A DNA stretch of 56,977 nucleotides from the NCBI GenBank assembly GCA_946497925.1, contig CAMMMG010000003.1, positions 1 to 56,977 of the forward strand. Reading direction: 5' to 3'. Numbering within the stretch: position 1 is the stretch's first letter; each line of letters begins with the position of its first letter. Of the stretch, positions 56,818 to 56,977 are shown piece after piece. Below the pieces are notes generated by a model. It did no database searches. It saw only the letters and a program-made list of their open reading frames with translations, and was not told the DNA's origin. The stretch is from an uncultured Mycoplasmatota bacterium. GTDB taxonomy: Bacteria > Bacillota_I > Bacilli_A > RF39 > UBA660. Both the position numbers and the translations under genes were made by a program.

Positions 56818-56977
56818 TTTATTTTCCTCCAAATCGGCAGTTTTGTTATTCATATTATAGCATTGTTTTATATCTTTCAAGAAAAATGAAAAATAAATAT
56901 TTTTCATAAGAATTCCTGACGGAATTCCTTTTTTATGATATTTAGTGCTATCATCATAATAGTGATGTAGTATGTAT

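Noticed and set aside
1-56977. Possible Mollicutes-type genetic code (TGA read as Trp), given the extreme AT content and Mollicutes-like features.
   Set aside because: RF2 is present, and its autoregulatory frameshift depends on TGA acting as a stop codon. Trp positions inspected in the sequence, such as the csp KWFN motif, use TGG.

Overview
Very AT-rich, gene-dense chromosomal window. About 90% of the genes are on the minus strand. It uses the standard genetic code: TGA is a stop codon and is the prfB frameshift codon. Gene content and order match a low-GC, spore-forming Firmicute, and several traits suggest Erysipelotrichia or a relative of the Mollicutes. The core is housekeeping genes in Bacillus-like synteny: ftsEX with an M23 hydrolase, prfB, secA, hpf, csp, tagO-like, mreB, spoIIQ, rpiB, rpmE, murA, fba, spoIIR, prmC, prfA, rpoE, argS, PBP1A, gerQ, ung, rlmH, dnaB, rplI, rpsR, ssb, rpsF and ychF. 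No rRNA, tRNA, CRISPR array or intact transposase was seen. Accessory or unusual content sits between the core blocks. (1) At the left edge is a tightly coupled four-gene operon: a coiled-coil protein with a HigB/Gp49-like C-terminus, a mini-HTH protein, and two mTERF-like repeat proteins. A leader ORF whose stop codon lies inside a terminator hairpin precedes it. This is my best candidate for an undescribed system. (2) A structured 230-nt RNA locus upstream of the rpmE promoter has convergent promoters and a frameshifted hydrophobic peptide, resembling a type I toxin-antitoxin. (3) An agr-type quorum-sensing locus includes an unannotated 40-aa AgrD. (4) A roughly 7-kb islet splits the secA-prfB pair. 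It holds a LysR regulator, a nitrilase-superfamily gene fused in an operon with coaB, an INS-less ProRS, and decayed RhuM and DinD genes. (5) Three phased 32-bp-spaced repeats lie over the promoter of an AAA/DUF4143 ATPase. There are also several gene remnants and orphan genes. All functional calls come from reading motifs by eye, because no database search was possible.
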